From NCBI GenBank assembly GCA_040005235.1, contig JBDTZG010000025.1, positions 1-64,000 on the forward strand: 64,000 nucleotides of DNA, read 5' to 3'. Position 1 is the stretch's first letter; every line of letters begins with the position of its first letter. The notes under the pieces are model-generated. The model worked only from the letters and a program-made list of their open reading frames with translations. It did not search any database and was not told the DNA's origin. The DNA is from Acidobacteriota bacterium. Lineage in GTDB: Bacteria; Acidobacteriota; Thermoanaerobaculia; Multivoradales; UBA5704. A program made the translations under genes and the position numbers. This document shows, in pieces, positions 27,439 through 37,274 of the stretch.

Positions 27439-28446
27439 ATGTCCATCACACTCGGAATCTTCTTCGGCTTCTTTGCCTGGTTTGTCGTCCGTTACCTGCT
27501 GGCGGGGCTGTTCACCGTGGGGCAGAACGAGCGGGCGGTCAAGACCGTTCTCGGGCGCGCGCAGCGTTTGCCCGGACAGAGCACGTTGCAGGACCCGATC
27601 GCGCAGTCGCTGCGGCCGGACGAGCGGGAGCGGTACAACTATCCGCAGTTGCGGGTGATTCCGCCGGGCGGGCCGTATTTCCGCTGGCCGTGGGAGCGGG
27701 TGCATAAGGTGTCGATTGCCACCAGCACGCTCAACATGGCGTTCGACCCGGAAAATCCGAGCGCGAATGCGGGCGGCAAGACCCTGGAGGCGGTTACCAA
27801 GGACCAGCTCAACACGGGGCTTACGGGGCAGATCCGCTACCGGGTTTCGGAGCGAAACATGTATGCCTATTTCTTTGGGGTGAAGAATCCGATCGCCCAC
27901 ATCATGGGCTACTTCGTTTCGATCCTGCGCGAGCGGATCGCGAACTTCGAAGCGCCGCATCCCGCGCCGTTGGCTCCGGGAAGCTTGGCGCCGGAGAGCC
28001 AGCCGCCCGATTCGACCGAGGTCTCCGGGATCTCGATCAACGACTTGCGGAAAAACCTGCGCGATCTGAACGACCACATGGACCGCGAGTCGCAGTCCTC
28101 GGCGGCGCGCTACGGCATCACGCTCGACGCCTCGTTGATCACCGAGATCGATCCGCCGGCCGAGGTCGAATCGGCGCTCGCGGCGATCAACACCGCGCAC
28201 AACCACGTTTCGTCCGACATCAGCCTGGCGCACGCGGCGGCCGATCAGAAGATCGTCCAGTCCAAGCGGGCGGTCGAGATCGAGACGCTCAAAGCGCAGG
28301 GAGAGGTCGAGCCGCTCGCGCGTTTGGCCGAACAGCTGAACGACTTGAAGAGGCAGGGGCCGCACGCGCTCTCCGCCTATCTGCGCAACGTGCGCCTCGG
28401 CCTGTTCGGCAAGGCGCAGGACGCGTTCGTCGAGGTGAAGCGATGA
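27439..28446 (+). CDS. SPFH/band 7 domain membrane protein 1
   Basis: N-terminal TM, FTVGQNERAV, GGPYFRWPWERV, AVTKD, C-terminal Ala/Glu-rich helix. Confidence 0.85.
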   Translation: MSITLGIFFGFFAWFVVRYLLAGLFTVGQNERAVKTVLGRAQRLPGQSTLQDPIAQSLRPDERERYNYPQLRVIPPGGPYFRWPWERVHKVSIATSTLNMAFDPENPSANAGGKTLEAVTKDQLNTGLTGQIRYRVSERNMYAYFFGVKNPIAHIMGYFVSILRERIANFEAPHPAPLAPGSLAPESQPPDSTEVSGISINDLRKNLRDLNDHMDRESQSSAARYGITLDASLITEIDPPAEVESALAAINTAHNHVSSDISLAHAAADQKIVQSKRAVEIETLKAQGEVEPLARLAEQLNDLKRQGPHALSAYLRNVRLGLFGKAQDAFVEVKR

Positions 28447-29336
28447 ACTTCCTGCTAGCCGCGTTCATCACCTTCCTGGTCATGCTGTTCCTGGTGCCCG
28501 CCTTCTTGTTCTTGGTGCGCATTCTCGGGCTCTACGCCATCGTCTACGAGCGCACCTGCCGGGTCTACGTGCTGTTCGGCAAGGTGATCGGTATCCTCGA
28601 CGAACCGGGGCTGCACATCCTGCTCTTCAAGCTCGGACCGTCCGCCTTCCTGGTCAACTGGATGGGCCAGTGCCACGTGCTCGACATGCGGCTCGACCAG
28701 GACTATCTGCGGAGCCAGCCGGTGAACTCCGAAGAAGGTGCGCCGATGGGCATCGGCGTCTGGTACGAGATGTTCATCAGCGACCCGGTCGCCTACCTGT
28801 TCAAGAACACCGACCCGCGCGGTTCGCTCCGCGCCAACGTCAGCAACGCGACCGTTCGCTGCCTTTCCAACATGAAGCTCGCCGACATGCTGGAGACTCG
28901 CCATCAGATGAGCGCCACGGTGCGCTCGGAGGTCTCGGAAAAATCGCACGAGTGGGGATACAAGCTCGGCTCGATCTACATCCGCAAAGTGCATTTCCGC
29001 GACGGCGGCATGATCCGCCAGATCGAGGAGAAGGTGGTAAACCGCCTGCGCCAGGTCACTTCTGCGATCAAGCAGGACGGCGCGAATCAGGTGAGCATCA
29101 TCACCAGCACCGCAGAGCGCCAGGCGGCGATCGAATTCGCCAAAGCGAGCGCGATGCGGCCGCAGATCGTCGGCGCGGCGTTGAATTCGATCTCTGAGGA
29201 CCCTGAGATCGAAGCCGCGCTGTTCGAGATCCTGGAGACGCAGCGGATCGTCGAAGGAGCCGCAAGGGTGACACTGCTGCCCCAGGCGGGCGAGCTGCTC
29301 GCGAACCTGTTGGCCGGGGGCGCGAAGCGCGGGTGA
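28443..29336 (+). CDS. SPFH/band 7 domain membrane protein 2
   Basis: N-terminal TM, LFGKV..LDEPGLH, WGYKL; ATGA coupling to the upstream gene. Confidence 0.85.
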   Translation: MNFLLAAFITFLVMLFLVPAFLFLVRILGLYAIVYERTCRVYVLFGKVIGILDEPGLHILLFKLGPSAFLVNWMGQCHVLDMRLDQDYLRSQPVNSEEGAPMGIGVWYEMFISDPVAYLFKNTDPRGSLRANVSNATVRCLSNMKLADMLETRHQMSATVRSEVSEKSHEWGYKLGSIYIRKVHFRDGGMIRQIEEKVVNRLRQVTSAIKQDGANQVSIITSTAERQAAIEFAKASAMRPQIVGAALNSISEDPEIEAALFEILETQRIVEGAARVTLLPQAGELLANLLAGGAKRG

Positions 29337-32065
29337 CGAGAAGAGGTCCCACCCCGCCTGCCGGCGAGCGCCCGTGGTCTGTTTGCGACCACGCGCTGCT
29401 GGCTCTCTTCGCCGTCGCCCTCCCGGCCGCGGCGGAGTCGTCCTTTTCTGTCGAGCCGGTGGCCGACCTCGGTCTTTCGCCGACGGTCGCGCTTCATACT
29501 GTGCCGCACGGCGAGGTACGGATCGGCGACCGGGTCGTCTTCTTTGCCTCCGACGAGGTCTCCAGCACTGAGCTTTGGGCGACGGACGGAACGCAGGCCG
29601 GTACACGGCGGGTGTTGGATGTCTCGCCCTCAGGAGGAAATCCGGCGCTCGGCGGCGGGTTCGGCCTGGTGGCGGCGCGCGACCGGGCCTTCTTTGAGAC
29701 CGCCGATCCCCTGGCCGGAGGTCGCCTCTGGGTGACCGACGGCTCGCGAGAGGGGACAGTGCCGTTCTTTAACCTCGGTCTTTACGACGAGCTGGCCGGA
29801 CCTCCACCGGCGATCCAGACCGCGGTGCTCGGCCGCGATCTCCTTTTCGTGCGCGCAGGAGAAGGGGACGCCCCGGAACTCTGGCGTAGCAACGGCACGG
29901 CGGCCGGCACCCGGCGCCTGGCGTCACTCCCTGCGGATTCCTATTTCGGCGTCAAAGGGGTCGGGATGATCCCGGCGGTCGGCCGCGTCTATCTCAGTTT
30001 CCTCTCCACGGACCGCCGAGGGCAAGAGTTTTGGGTGAGCGACGGAACGGAGACGGGAACACTCCGGCTCGCCCGGTTTCCCTTCGCTGCCAACCCGAGC
30101 CCGCCGCCGCCTCTGGCCGTCGGGTCGCGGCTCTTTTTCGTCGGGTTCGACGCGGACCATGGTTTCGAGATGTGGACCTCGGATGGCACGTCGGAGGGGA
30201 CGAGGATTCTCCGTGACGTGGTCCCCGGGCGAAGGGGGCCGTTTTTCGGGTTGTTTCTGGCGGGACGACGAAATTTCTATTTCACCTTGAGCACCCAGGT
30301 CGCAAGGGAGCTCTGGCAGAGCGACGGCACCGAAGCGGGCACCCTCAAGCTGCCGACGTTCGACGGCTCCTTCGTGCAGCCGGAGGGCGAGGTGGAGGGC
30401 TCCCTCCTGTTCTTCGAGGCCGGGGGGTTCTGGCGCACGCGAAAGGGGGCGGCACCGAGGCCCCTGGCGCCGAAACTCGACGGATGCGGGGGGGAAGCGG
30501 CGGCGGTTCCCTTCGGCGGCAAGCTCTACCTCTTCGCCAAAGACGGTCAGAACAGCTGCCGGCTCTGGCGGACCGACGGAACCCCCGAGGGAACCCAGCT
30601 CGCGCCCGATCTCGGCGGGGACTTCAGGCTGCGCCCGCTCGGGAGCCGGCTGCTGCTCTTCTCCTCCGGCATCCCAGAGATAAGGGTCGTTGAAAACGAT
30701 CGCGTTTCGGCGCTCCGCCGCCCGCGGGCCGAGCTTCGATCGGGCGCTCCGTCAAACCTGGTGCCGTGGGCGGACGGTCTTGCCTTTGCGGCGACCGGCA
30801 TGGCGCGGCGCGCCATCTTCCGGTCGGACGGCACGGCGGCGGGGACTCTGCCGATCGCCTCGGGTCCGTTGTGGTCGCCGTACTACACCGAGCTGCCGCG
30901 CGACCTCATCCCGCTCGGCGAGAACCTCGTCTACTGGTCGCCGGGCGGAATCGAGTCCTCGAACGCCTCTCTCCCCGGGGCGAACCCGATCCATCTCGGC
31001 GAGCATCCCGTGGGCAGGTCGCTCGAAGGCCAAGCGCTTTTTTCTTATAGCGGGCGAGCCTTCTGGCTCACCCTTTCGAGCGGCGGCCACGATGTCGACC
31101 TGCATGGGACCGATGGCACGACGGCGGGGACGGGCCGGGTCGGTCGCTTATTTCCCGCGCCGGTCTCTCCGTTCGGCGGCGTGACCTACGTGCCCGACTT
31201 CTTCGTCGTGCGGACGGAAGGCTATCTCGCGTTCTTCTTTCCCTTCGATTCGAACGAAATCTGGACCACCGATGGCACGGCGGCTGGAACGCGCCGTCTC
31301 TTCGACCTGGATGAGGCCGACGACGAAACCGGCACGCGGTTTCTTCTCGAAGGCGTCCCTTTCGACGACGGGATGTTATTTACGACCTGGGGGCCGCAGT
31401 CGGGAATTCAATTCTGGCGAACCGACGATTCTCCGGCGGGCGTGAGCGCGATCGATCGGGTGACCACCATTTCCCCGCCGCATCGGCTGACCCGGGTGGG
31501 CTCCCTTGTCTATTTCACGGCCGACGGCCCCGGAGGGACGGAGCTCTGGGTGACCGACGGCACCCTCTTCGCGGTGCATCGGGTTCGGGACATCGTGCCC
31601 GGGCCGCAAGGCTCGTTTCCTCGGGATCTCACCGCCGTGGGGGACCGGTTGTTTTTTACCGCCGACGACGCAACGTCCGGTCGCGAGATCTGGTCGAGCG
31701 ATGGCACGACCGCGGGGACGGCGCGTGTGGCGGATCTCGCTCCCGGCCCCGAGGGTTCTTTTCCGCAGCGCCTCGCCGCGGTCTCGCTCGACGGTGCGCC
31801 TCCCTTTCTCGCCTTCGCGGCAAACGACGGCGTTCACGGCCTGGAGCCCTGGTTGGGGGAAGCGGACGCAACGGGCGTCCGGCTCCTGGCGGACGTGGCC
31901 CCCGGTCGCACCTCGTCGAGCCCGGGGGAATTCCTTGCCGTAGGCTCGCGGATCTTCTTCGCCGCGACGACCCGAAGCGCCGGGCGCGAGCTGTGGGTCG
32001 CAACGCTCGAAAAGGCTGGAGCTCCTCTGCTTTCCTGTGCCTACGAGAGCCTCCGGAGGCCTTGA
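29333..32065 (+). CDS. ELWxxDGT repeat protein
   Basis: Many ELWxxDGT repeats over 910 aa; exact start uncertain. Confidence 0.88.
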   Translation: MTRRGPTPPAGERPWSVCDHALLALFAVALPAAAESSFSVEPVADLGLSPTVALHTVPHGEVRIGDRVVFFASDEVSSTELWATDGTQAGTRRVLDVSPSGGNPALGGGFGLVAARDRAFFETADPLAGGRLWVTDGSREGTVPFFNLGLYDELAGPPPAIQTAVLGRDLLFVRAGEGDAPELWRSNGTAAGTRRLASLPADSYFGVKGVGMIPAVGRVYLSFLSTDRRGQEFWVSDGTETGTLRLARFPFAANPSPPPPLAVGSRLFFVGFDADHGFEMWTSDGTSEGTRILRDVVPGRRGPFFGLFLAGRRNFYFTLSTQVARELWQSDGTEAGTLKLPTFDGSFVQPEGEVEGSLLFFEAGGFWRTRKGAAPRPLAPKLDGCGGEAAAVPFGGKLYLFAKDGQNSCRLWRTDGTPEGTQLAPDLGGDFRLRPLGSRLLLFSSGIPEIRVVENDRVSALRRPRAELRSGAPSNLVPWADGLAFAATGMARRAIFRSDGTAAGTLPIASGPLWSPYYTELPRDLIPLGENLVYWSPGGIESSNASLPGANPIHLGEHPVGRSLEGQALFSYSGRAFWLTLSSGGHDVDLHGTDGTTAGTGRVGRLFPAPVSPFGGVTYVPDFFVVRTEGYLAFFFPFDSNEIWTTDGTAAGTRRLFDLDEADDETGTRFLLEGVPFDDGMLFTTWGPQSGIQFWRTDDSPAGVSAIDRVTTISPPHRLTRVGSLVYFTADGPGGTELWVTDGTLFAVHRVRDIVPGPQGSFPRDLTAVGDRLFFTADDATSGREIWSSDGTTAGTARVADLAPGPEGSFPQRLAAVSLDGAPPFLAFAANDGVHGLEPWLGEADATGVRLLADVAPGRTSSSPGEFLAVGSRIFFAATTRSAGRELWVATLEKAGAPLLSCAYESLRRP

Positions 32066-32086
32066 GTGAGCGGTGCGCTTTCGCGG

Positions 32087-32102
32087 TGGCACGCAGCCTG
32101 CA
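32087..32102 (+). promoter_or_regulatory. Sigma54 (-24/-12) promoter
   Basis: TGGCACGCAGCCTGCA against consensus TGGCACGNNNNTTGCW (one mismatch), ~120 bp upstream of 32225. Confidence 0.6.
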
Positions 32103-32224
32103 ATCACCGGAAAGCGGAACCGGTCGCCCAGAGACCGGTCATGAATCCCAACGAAGTACCGCGGCTCTCTCGATTGCACCCCTGAAGTACCCGCGAGCCG
32201 CGGTCGAAGGAAAGGAGACATGGC

Positions 32225-32626
32225 ATGCGTACCCACAACAACTTCCTGCTCGCTCTCGGCACCACGGCGCTTTTGGCGCTTCCCATTCAGGCGGCAAGTC
32301 CTGCCAATCCTCCGGCGAAGCCGATGAACGCCCCGATGGCGGCCAAGGCCGACGTAGAGACTTTTACCGGTTGGATCACCGATAACTGTGACGGAGTCCA
32401 CGGAGCGTCGACGGAGAATACGAAGGCGAAGGTCCAGGGCTGCAAGGAGCGTGGTGGTCGCGTGGTGTTCTACAACGTCGCCACCAAGAAGTTCTACGAC
32501 CTAGACAAGATCGACCTCGCGCTCGACAACGTGGGCCATCCGGTGACTGTGACCGGCGTCCGCGATTGGAACCTGATCAAGGTCGAGTCGATCGTCCCGC
32601 AGGACGGCGTTCAGAATCCCAGCTAA
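32225..32626 (+). CDS. Small secreted protein (GWITDxC...C motif)
   Basis: AAGGAG RBS, signal peptide, FTGWITDNCDG...GCKERGG...VTVTG. Confidence 0.8.
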   Translation: MRTHNNFLLALGTTALLALPIQAASPANPPAKPMNAPMAAKADVETFTGWITDNCDGVHGASTENTKAKVQGCKERGGRVVFYNVATKKFYDLDKIDLALDNVGHPVTVTGVRDWNLIKVESIVPQDGVQNPS

Positions 32627-32714
32627 CCCCTCCTAGCCGATTCGCTCGGCTATCGTGGAAGTCCCCGCGCGGTGCCATGTCGGCACCGCGCTTTCCGTTT
32701 AGGTGGGTCAAGCT

Positions 32715-33195
32715 TCAGCGACGGGCAGATGAGCGCAAACTGAGGAGCGCCGCGGTCGCCAGAAGGAGCGCGAGGGGGGCGAGCTCGGGTCCGCCGAGCG
32801 CCGGCACATCGAGGACTCCCACGCCCCGTTTCACCAGGTCGGTCGGGTTGAGTCCGGGGAGGATGCGCAGGCCGCGCACGGCGATCTGCGGTCCGGGTAC
32901 GTTCGGCCGGAGGTCCAGCGTGCAATTGCGGCCGATACCGCCGCACGCCCCGGAACCTTGCAGAGCGGGCGAGAATCCCGGTCCCGCTTCGAGAACGACC
33001 GATTGGGTCACCGTCACCGTCTCGACGAACGTCGCGTTGCTTAAAACGATCACCGTGCCGCCGGGAGTGCCCTGCGCCGCGAGCACCGCCCCCTGGATCG
33101 TCGGTTGATCGGTGGGGACGATTACGGTCGTGGCGAAAGAAGGAACGGCGAGAAGGAAGGCGCCGAAAACGACAGCATGACCTCGATGTGCCAGG
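32715..33195 (-). CDS. Short IPTL-CTERM-tagged surface protein, probably an internally deleted remnant
   Basis: Signal-like AVVFGAFLLAVPSFA, VPTDQPTIQGAV (beta-helix type N-terminus), C-terminal DVPALGGPELAPLALLLATAALLSLRSSARR; no clear ATG. Confidence 0.55.
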
Positions 33196-33351
33196 GGGAC
33201 CTCTTTGAAGGCAGCGCTCTCTCTGCTGCGATGGTATCGCAAGCGAGGTGGTATTCTGTCCGGAACTTTTCCACCGGTGGCGTTCTTCAATTCGTCGTCC
33301 TCCTCTGCGCGCCAAGGCGCGACGCGAGGCGGAGATTTTGGGAGGTCCGCG

Positions 33352-36300
33352 ATGCCGTCTCCTCGAGCCCTTGGGTCGTTGTTCTTACCGCTCTGGATCG
33401 CCTTCGCGGTGCCGGCGTTCGGGCCGGTATCGAAGGTTGGCGCGCAGCCGGCGGATTCCGGGGTGGACGAGTGCTCGGCGGCGCTGCCGCTGCCCAGCGC
33501 CTTTCCGTTCAACAAGTCGGAGTACGAGCGGATCTTTGGCCGCTTCTTGCGGGCGGAGTGCTACAAGAAGCTCGGCTGGCCGCATGACAAGCAGCTCCGT
33601 CCCACCGGTCCTACCGTAGCCGCTTTGGTCCCCGGGACCGATCCGCATATCCCCAAGTGGGTCCGGACGACGCTCGGCACCCACCAAACGGTCGTCATCT
33701 ACTACTCGCCCGACGTCTATCGTTGGATGTGCGAGAGGGACGCGGCGCACGAGAAGCAGTTCGTCGCCGAGTGCAAAAAGAGCTGCCCCACCTGCCGGCT
33801 CGACGGCAAAGAGCCTGCGCCGATTTCCGACGGCTCGATGATCTTGAAGCTGATGTACGGTGCCACCAACGCCACAGACCTGGAGAACCCGTCGATCCCC
33901 ACGGGCGAGGCGAACATTTTCGCCACCATGGTCAAGGATGCGAAGGCGTCCAAAGACGGCTGGTTCTGGGGCAACTGGGAACCGCCCATGCAGGCGACGG
34001 AACTTTCGCAGCTCGACTGGCCGCCGCCGGTGAACCTGCCCTACCCGTGGATGGGATTTGGCTTCTACTGCGTGAACTGCCACGCCTCGGCCAAATCCGA
34101 GTCCACGTTTTCGGACCTGAACAACGTGCTCGGCAACCCCGACACCTTCACCAAGTTTTACTTCCAGGACCAGCCGCCGATCGCGATGGCCGCGGGCCAC
34201 TCTCCGACAGAGAGTTTGGAGACGATCTCGGAGCACGAGAAGTTCGAGGTGGGGCAGGATCTCAAAGCCGTGGCCGGCTTGGTGCCGTGGAATAAGGTCC
34301 CCTGGCCAAACCCGAAGGTCAACCGGGTGAGCCAGCCCGGCACCGACTACTCCGCGGCGTTCCTCCAGACGTTCCAGGCGAAGCGGATCGTGCCGCCCGA
34401 TTCGAAAACAATCACCGACCTTTACATGCCGCCGGAAGTCTACGACCACCGGCTCTCCGGACCGGAGGGGCCGCCGCCGTTCTTGACCTCCGACCAGTGC
34501 GTCGGCTGCCACGCCGCGGGCTCGACCGGCATCCATTTCGACATGACGGTGCAGAAGCCCGATCAGCCGGCGTTCACCAACCTGGTGAACATCGCCGAGT
34601 ACGGCGAATGGCGCGGCTCGCCGATGGGGCTCGCCGGGCGCGATCCGATCTTCTTCTCGCAGCTCGAAACCGAGCAGGAGGCGCACCCTTCGCTCGCCAA
34701 ACTCGCGCCCGATATCTGCCTGCATTGCCACGGCGTGATGGGGCAGCGGCAGTTCTGCCTCGACCAGTTTCCGGACGACCCGAAGAAGGCGAACGAGGTC
34801 TGCAACAACAGCAACCTTCTGGGGCTGAACGAAAACTCGCAGCCGATCGTGCCGCGCCGTCTGTTCACCCGCGACCAGGTGAACGCGATTCCGTTCCGGG
34901 CGACGACCGACGATGAGAAAAAGAACGCGAAATTCGGCGGTCTGGCGCGCGACGGTGTTTCGTGCACCACCTGCCACCACATCGAGATCGACGAGAAGAC
35001 CCCCATCGGCCACACCTTCACGGGAGATTTTCGGACCGGCGCCAACGACGCCCTTCACGGGCCGTTCGACAAGCCGCAGCAGGTGCCGATGGATCACTCG
35101 TTGGGCGCCAAGCCGATCGAGTATCCGCTGGTGCGCTCATCGAAGGTCTGCGGCAGCTGCCACAGCGTCGTGCTGCCGGTATTCGACGGAGACAAGCCGT
35201 GGATTCGGCCGGGGACGAAGAAGCCCGAGATCATCATCGAGCAGGCGACTTACCCGGAGTGGGTATTCAGCGACTTCCGCGACGGCGGGCCGACCCCGAG
35301 GTCGTGCCAGAACTGCCACATGGCCTCGTCGTACCCGGGCCTCGGTTCGCCGCTAACGACCAAGATCGCCTCGATCCAAGAGGCGAGCAATATGCCGCAG
35401 ACAGAGGAACGGCTGCCGCTGTCGGACATCGACCTTCAGCCGCGGACTCCCTATGGGCGCCACACACTCGTGGGCTTGAACGTCTTCTTCAACCTGTTCG
35501 CCCAGCAGTTCCCGGATATCCTTGGCATCCGAATTCAAGACCCAATGCTAGGCGGCACGGGAATCGCCCCGCTCACGACCACCTACAACTCGATGATCCA
35601 ACAGGCGGACACGGGTACCGCGACCGCGTCGGTGACCGGAGTGAGAACCACGGCGGATTCGCTCGTCGCCGAAGTAAGGGTCGAGAACATGGCGGGGCAC
35701 AAATTCCCCTCGGGCGTCGGCTTCCGGCGCGCGTTCCTGACCTTCGAGGTGCTGGACGCTGCGGGCAAAGACCTCTGGGTCTCCGGCCGCACCACGGACA
35801 CGGGGGTTCTGGTTGGGCCGAACGGTGCGCCGATCGACGGCGAGCTCATGTGGGGCAACGACTGCACGCCGATCCCGGGGGACCAGCAAAAGATCCAGCC
35901 GCATTACCAGACCATCACGCGCCAGGATCAGGTCCAGATCTACCAAGAGCTAGTGCGCGACCCGCGCGGCCGGCTGACCACCAGTTTCCTCTCGCTCGCA
36001 AACGAATCGAAAGACAACCGGCTCCTGCCGCGCGGCTGGACGCCGAGCCTGGAGCTGGGCGAAAAAACCGGCCTGGGTAGCCCGAAGCTCTCCGTCGCGG
36101 ATTTGATCCACCGCATCCTGCCCGATCTGCCGGACGGCAAGGGCGGAACGGTGAACGACCCCTGGTACAAGCCGGTCTCCGAAGGAGGCAGAGGCGGGGG
36201 AGGGGACGAGCTGACCTACGCCGTGCCGCTTAAAGGATTGAAAGGCACGCCGGCCTCCGTGCGGGTGACCCTCTACTACCAGTCGATCCCGCCGTTCTAT

Positions 36301-36504
36301 CTCCAGGATCGGTTCTGTTCAACCCCCAACCGGCCGGACACCTCGCGCCTCTTCTTCCTCGCCGGCCACACCGACTTCACCGGCACCCGGGCGGAGGGGT
36401 GGAAGTTGTCGGTGGTGTCGTCTGGGAAGGTGGCTGTGGAGGCGAAAGTGGCGGGGGTGGAACGTCCGAAGGATGCGGTGCGGGCTGGGGGCGGGAAGAG
36501 GTAA
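33352..36504 (+). CDS. Multiheme c-type cytochrome (6 CxxCH) with an N-terminal cytochrome P460-like domain
   Basis: GGAGG RBS, signal peptide; CVNCH, CVGCH, CLHCH, CTTCH, CGSCH, CQNCH; DGSMILKLMY...MVKD....DGWFWG before the first heme. Confidence 0.88.
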   Translation: MPSPRALGSLFLPLWIAFAVPAFGPVSKVGAQPADSGVDECSAALPLPSAFPFNKSEYERIFGRFLRAECYKKLGWPHDKQLRPTGPTVAALVPGTDPHIPKWVRTTLGTHQTVVIYYSPDVYRWMCERDAAHEKQFVAECKKSCPTCRLDGKEPAPISDGSMILKLMYGATNATDLENPSIPTGEANIFATMVKDAKASKDGWFWGNWEPPMQATELSQLDWPPPVNLPYPWMGFGFYCVNCHASAKSESTFSDLNNVLGNPDTFTKFYFQDQPPIAMAAGHSPTESLETISEHEKFEVGQDLKAVAGLVPWNKVPWPNPKVNRVSQPGTDYSAAFLQTFQAKRIVPPDSKTITDLYMPPEVYDHRLSGPEGPPPFLTSDQCVGCHAAGSTGIHFDMTVQKPDQPAFTNLVNIAEYGEWRGSPMGLAGRDPIFFSQLETEQEAHPSLAKLAPDICLHCHGVMGQRQFCLDQFPDDPKKANEVCNNSNLLGLNENSQPIVPRRLFTRDQVNAIPFRATTDDEKKNAKFGGLARDGVSCTTCHHIEIDEKTPIGHTFTGDFRTGANDALHGPFDKPQQVPMDHSLGAKPIEYPLVRSSKVCGSCHSVVLPVFDGDKPWIRPGTKKPEIIIEQATYPEWVFSDFRDGGPTPRSCQNCHMASSYPGLGSPLTTKIASIQEASNMPQTEERLPLSDIDLQPRTPYGRHTLVGLNVFFNLFAQQFPDILGIRIQDPMLGGTGIAPLTTTYNSMIQQADTGTATASVTGVRTTADSLVAEVRVENMAGHKFPSGVGFRRAFLTFEVLDAAGKDLWVSGRTTDTGVLVGPNGAPIDGELMWGNDCTPIPGDQQKIQPHYQTITRQDQVQIYQELVRDPRGRLTTSFLSLANESKDNRLLPRGWTPSLELGEKTGLGSPKLSVADLIHRILPDLPDGKGGTVNDPWYKPVSEGGRGGGGDELTYAVPLKGLKGTPASVRVTLYYQSIPPFYLQDRFCSTPNRPDTSRLFFLAGHTDFTGTRAEGWKLSVVSSGKVAVEAKVAGVERPKDAVRAGGGKR

Positions 36505-36557
36505 GGCAGGCGCCGAGGCGCCACGGAGTCCAAAGCGGGCGTGCTATCTTGTGTGCC

Positions 36558-36800
36558 ATGAAAGCGGTCACCTTGCGCGCTCATTTCGACGGAGAGAGCC
36601 TCCGTTTGGACGAACCTTGCGAGCTGGACCGGGGCGCTCCTTTGACGGTCACCATCCGGCCCCAAAGCGAAGAGGCGGAGGAACGAGAGTCGTGGTTCCT
36701 TTTGGCGGCTTCCTCCCTCGCGAGAGCCTATGGGGAAGACGAGCCCGACTATTCCTTGGACCTGATCAAAGAGCCCAACCCTGACTATGAGGGAAGGTAA
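36558..36800 (+). CDS. Putative antitoxin (AF2212/DUF104-like N-terminus)
   Basis: LRAHFDGESLRLDEP...LTVTI, acidic tail LARAYGEDEPDY; overlaps the toxin start. Confidence 0.75.
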   Translation: MKAVTLRAHFDGESLRLDEPCELDRGAPLTVTIRPQSEEAEERESWFLLAASSLARAYGEDEPDYSLDLIKEPNPDYEGR

Positions 36801-37137
36801 CGTCGCGATCGCGGCCCTCCCTCAGGTCGATGGCGAGAAGAAAAACCGCCCTATCCTGCTCCTGCGGGAGATGCCTCGCCATCAGGACTTCCTCGTTTGC
36901 GGGATCAGCTCTCGGCTTCTAAGACGCATTCCCGGGTTCGACGAGCTGATCGTGCCTGCCGATGCTGATTTCCGCTCGAGCGGTCTCCTCTCCCCCTCGC
37001 TCTTCCGGCTCGATTTTCTCAATGTCCTTCATCGGACGAAGATCATCGGCTCCATCGGATCGGTCTCCACCGAACGCCACCGCCGGATCTTGAGCGCCCT
37101 GAGCAGCTATTTGCTCGGTGACCTTTCGATTCCTTAG
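36787..37137 (+). CDS. PemK/MazF family toxin
   Basis: EGNVAIAALPQVDGEKKNRPILLL...VCGISS...SGLLSPS.FR...IGSIG. Confidence 0.85.
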   Translation: MREGNVAIAALPQVDGEKKNRPILLLREMPRHQDFLVCGISSRLLRRIPGFDELIVPADADFRSSGLLSPSLFRLDFLNVLHRTKIIGSIGSVSTERHRRILSALSSYLLGDLSIP

Positions 37138-37147
37138 TCTGCCGGGC

Positions 37148-37216
37148 CCTTTGGACGCAGGGTTCCTTCCCCGAGGGAAGGGGAGGGTTGGAGCCGGGAG
37201 AAGGACAGGATGGGGG
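37148..37216. repeat. REP-like element, left (inverted partner of 37917-37950)
   Basis: CCTTTGGACGCAGGGTTCCTTCCCCGAGGGAAGGGG...AGGATGGGGG. Confidence 0.7.
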
Positions 37217-37274
37217 TCGCCGTGATCCCGCGCAAACCGCCCCGCCGCGCTACAATCGACGCTCAATCAAGCCC

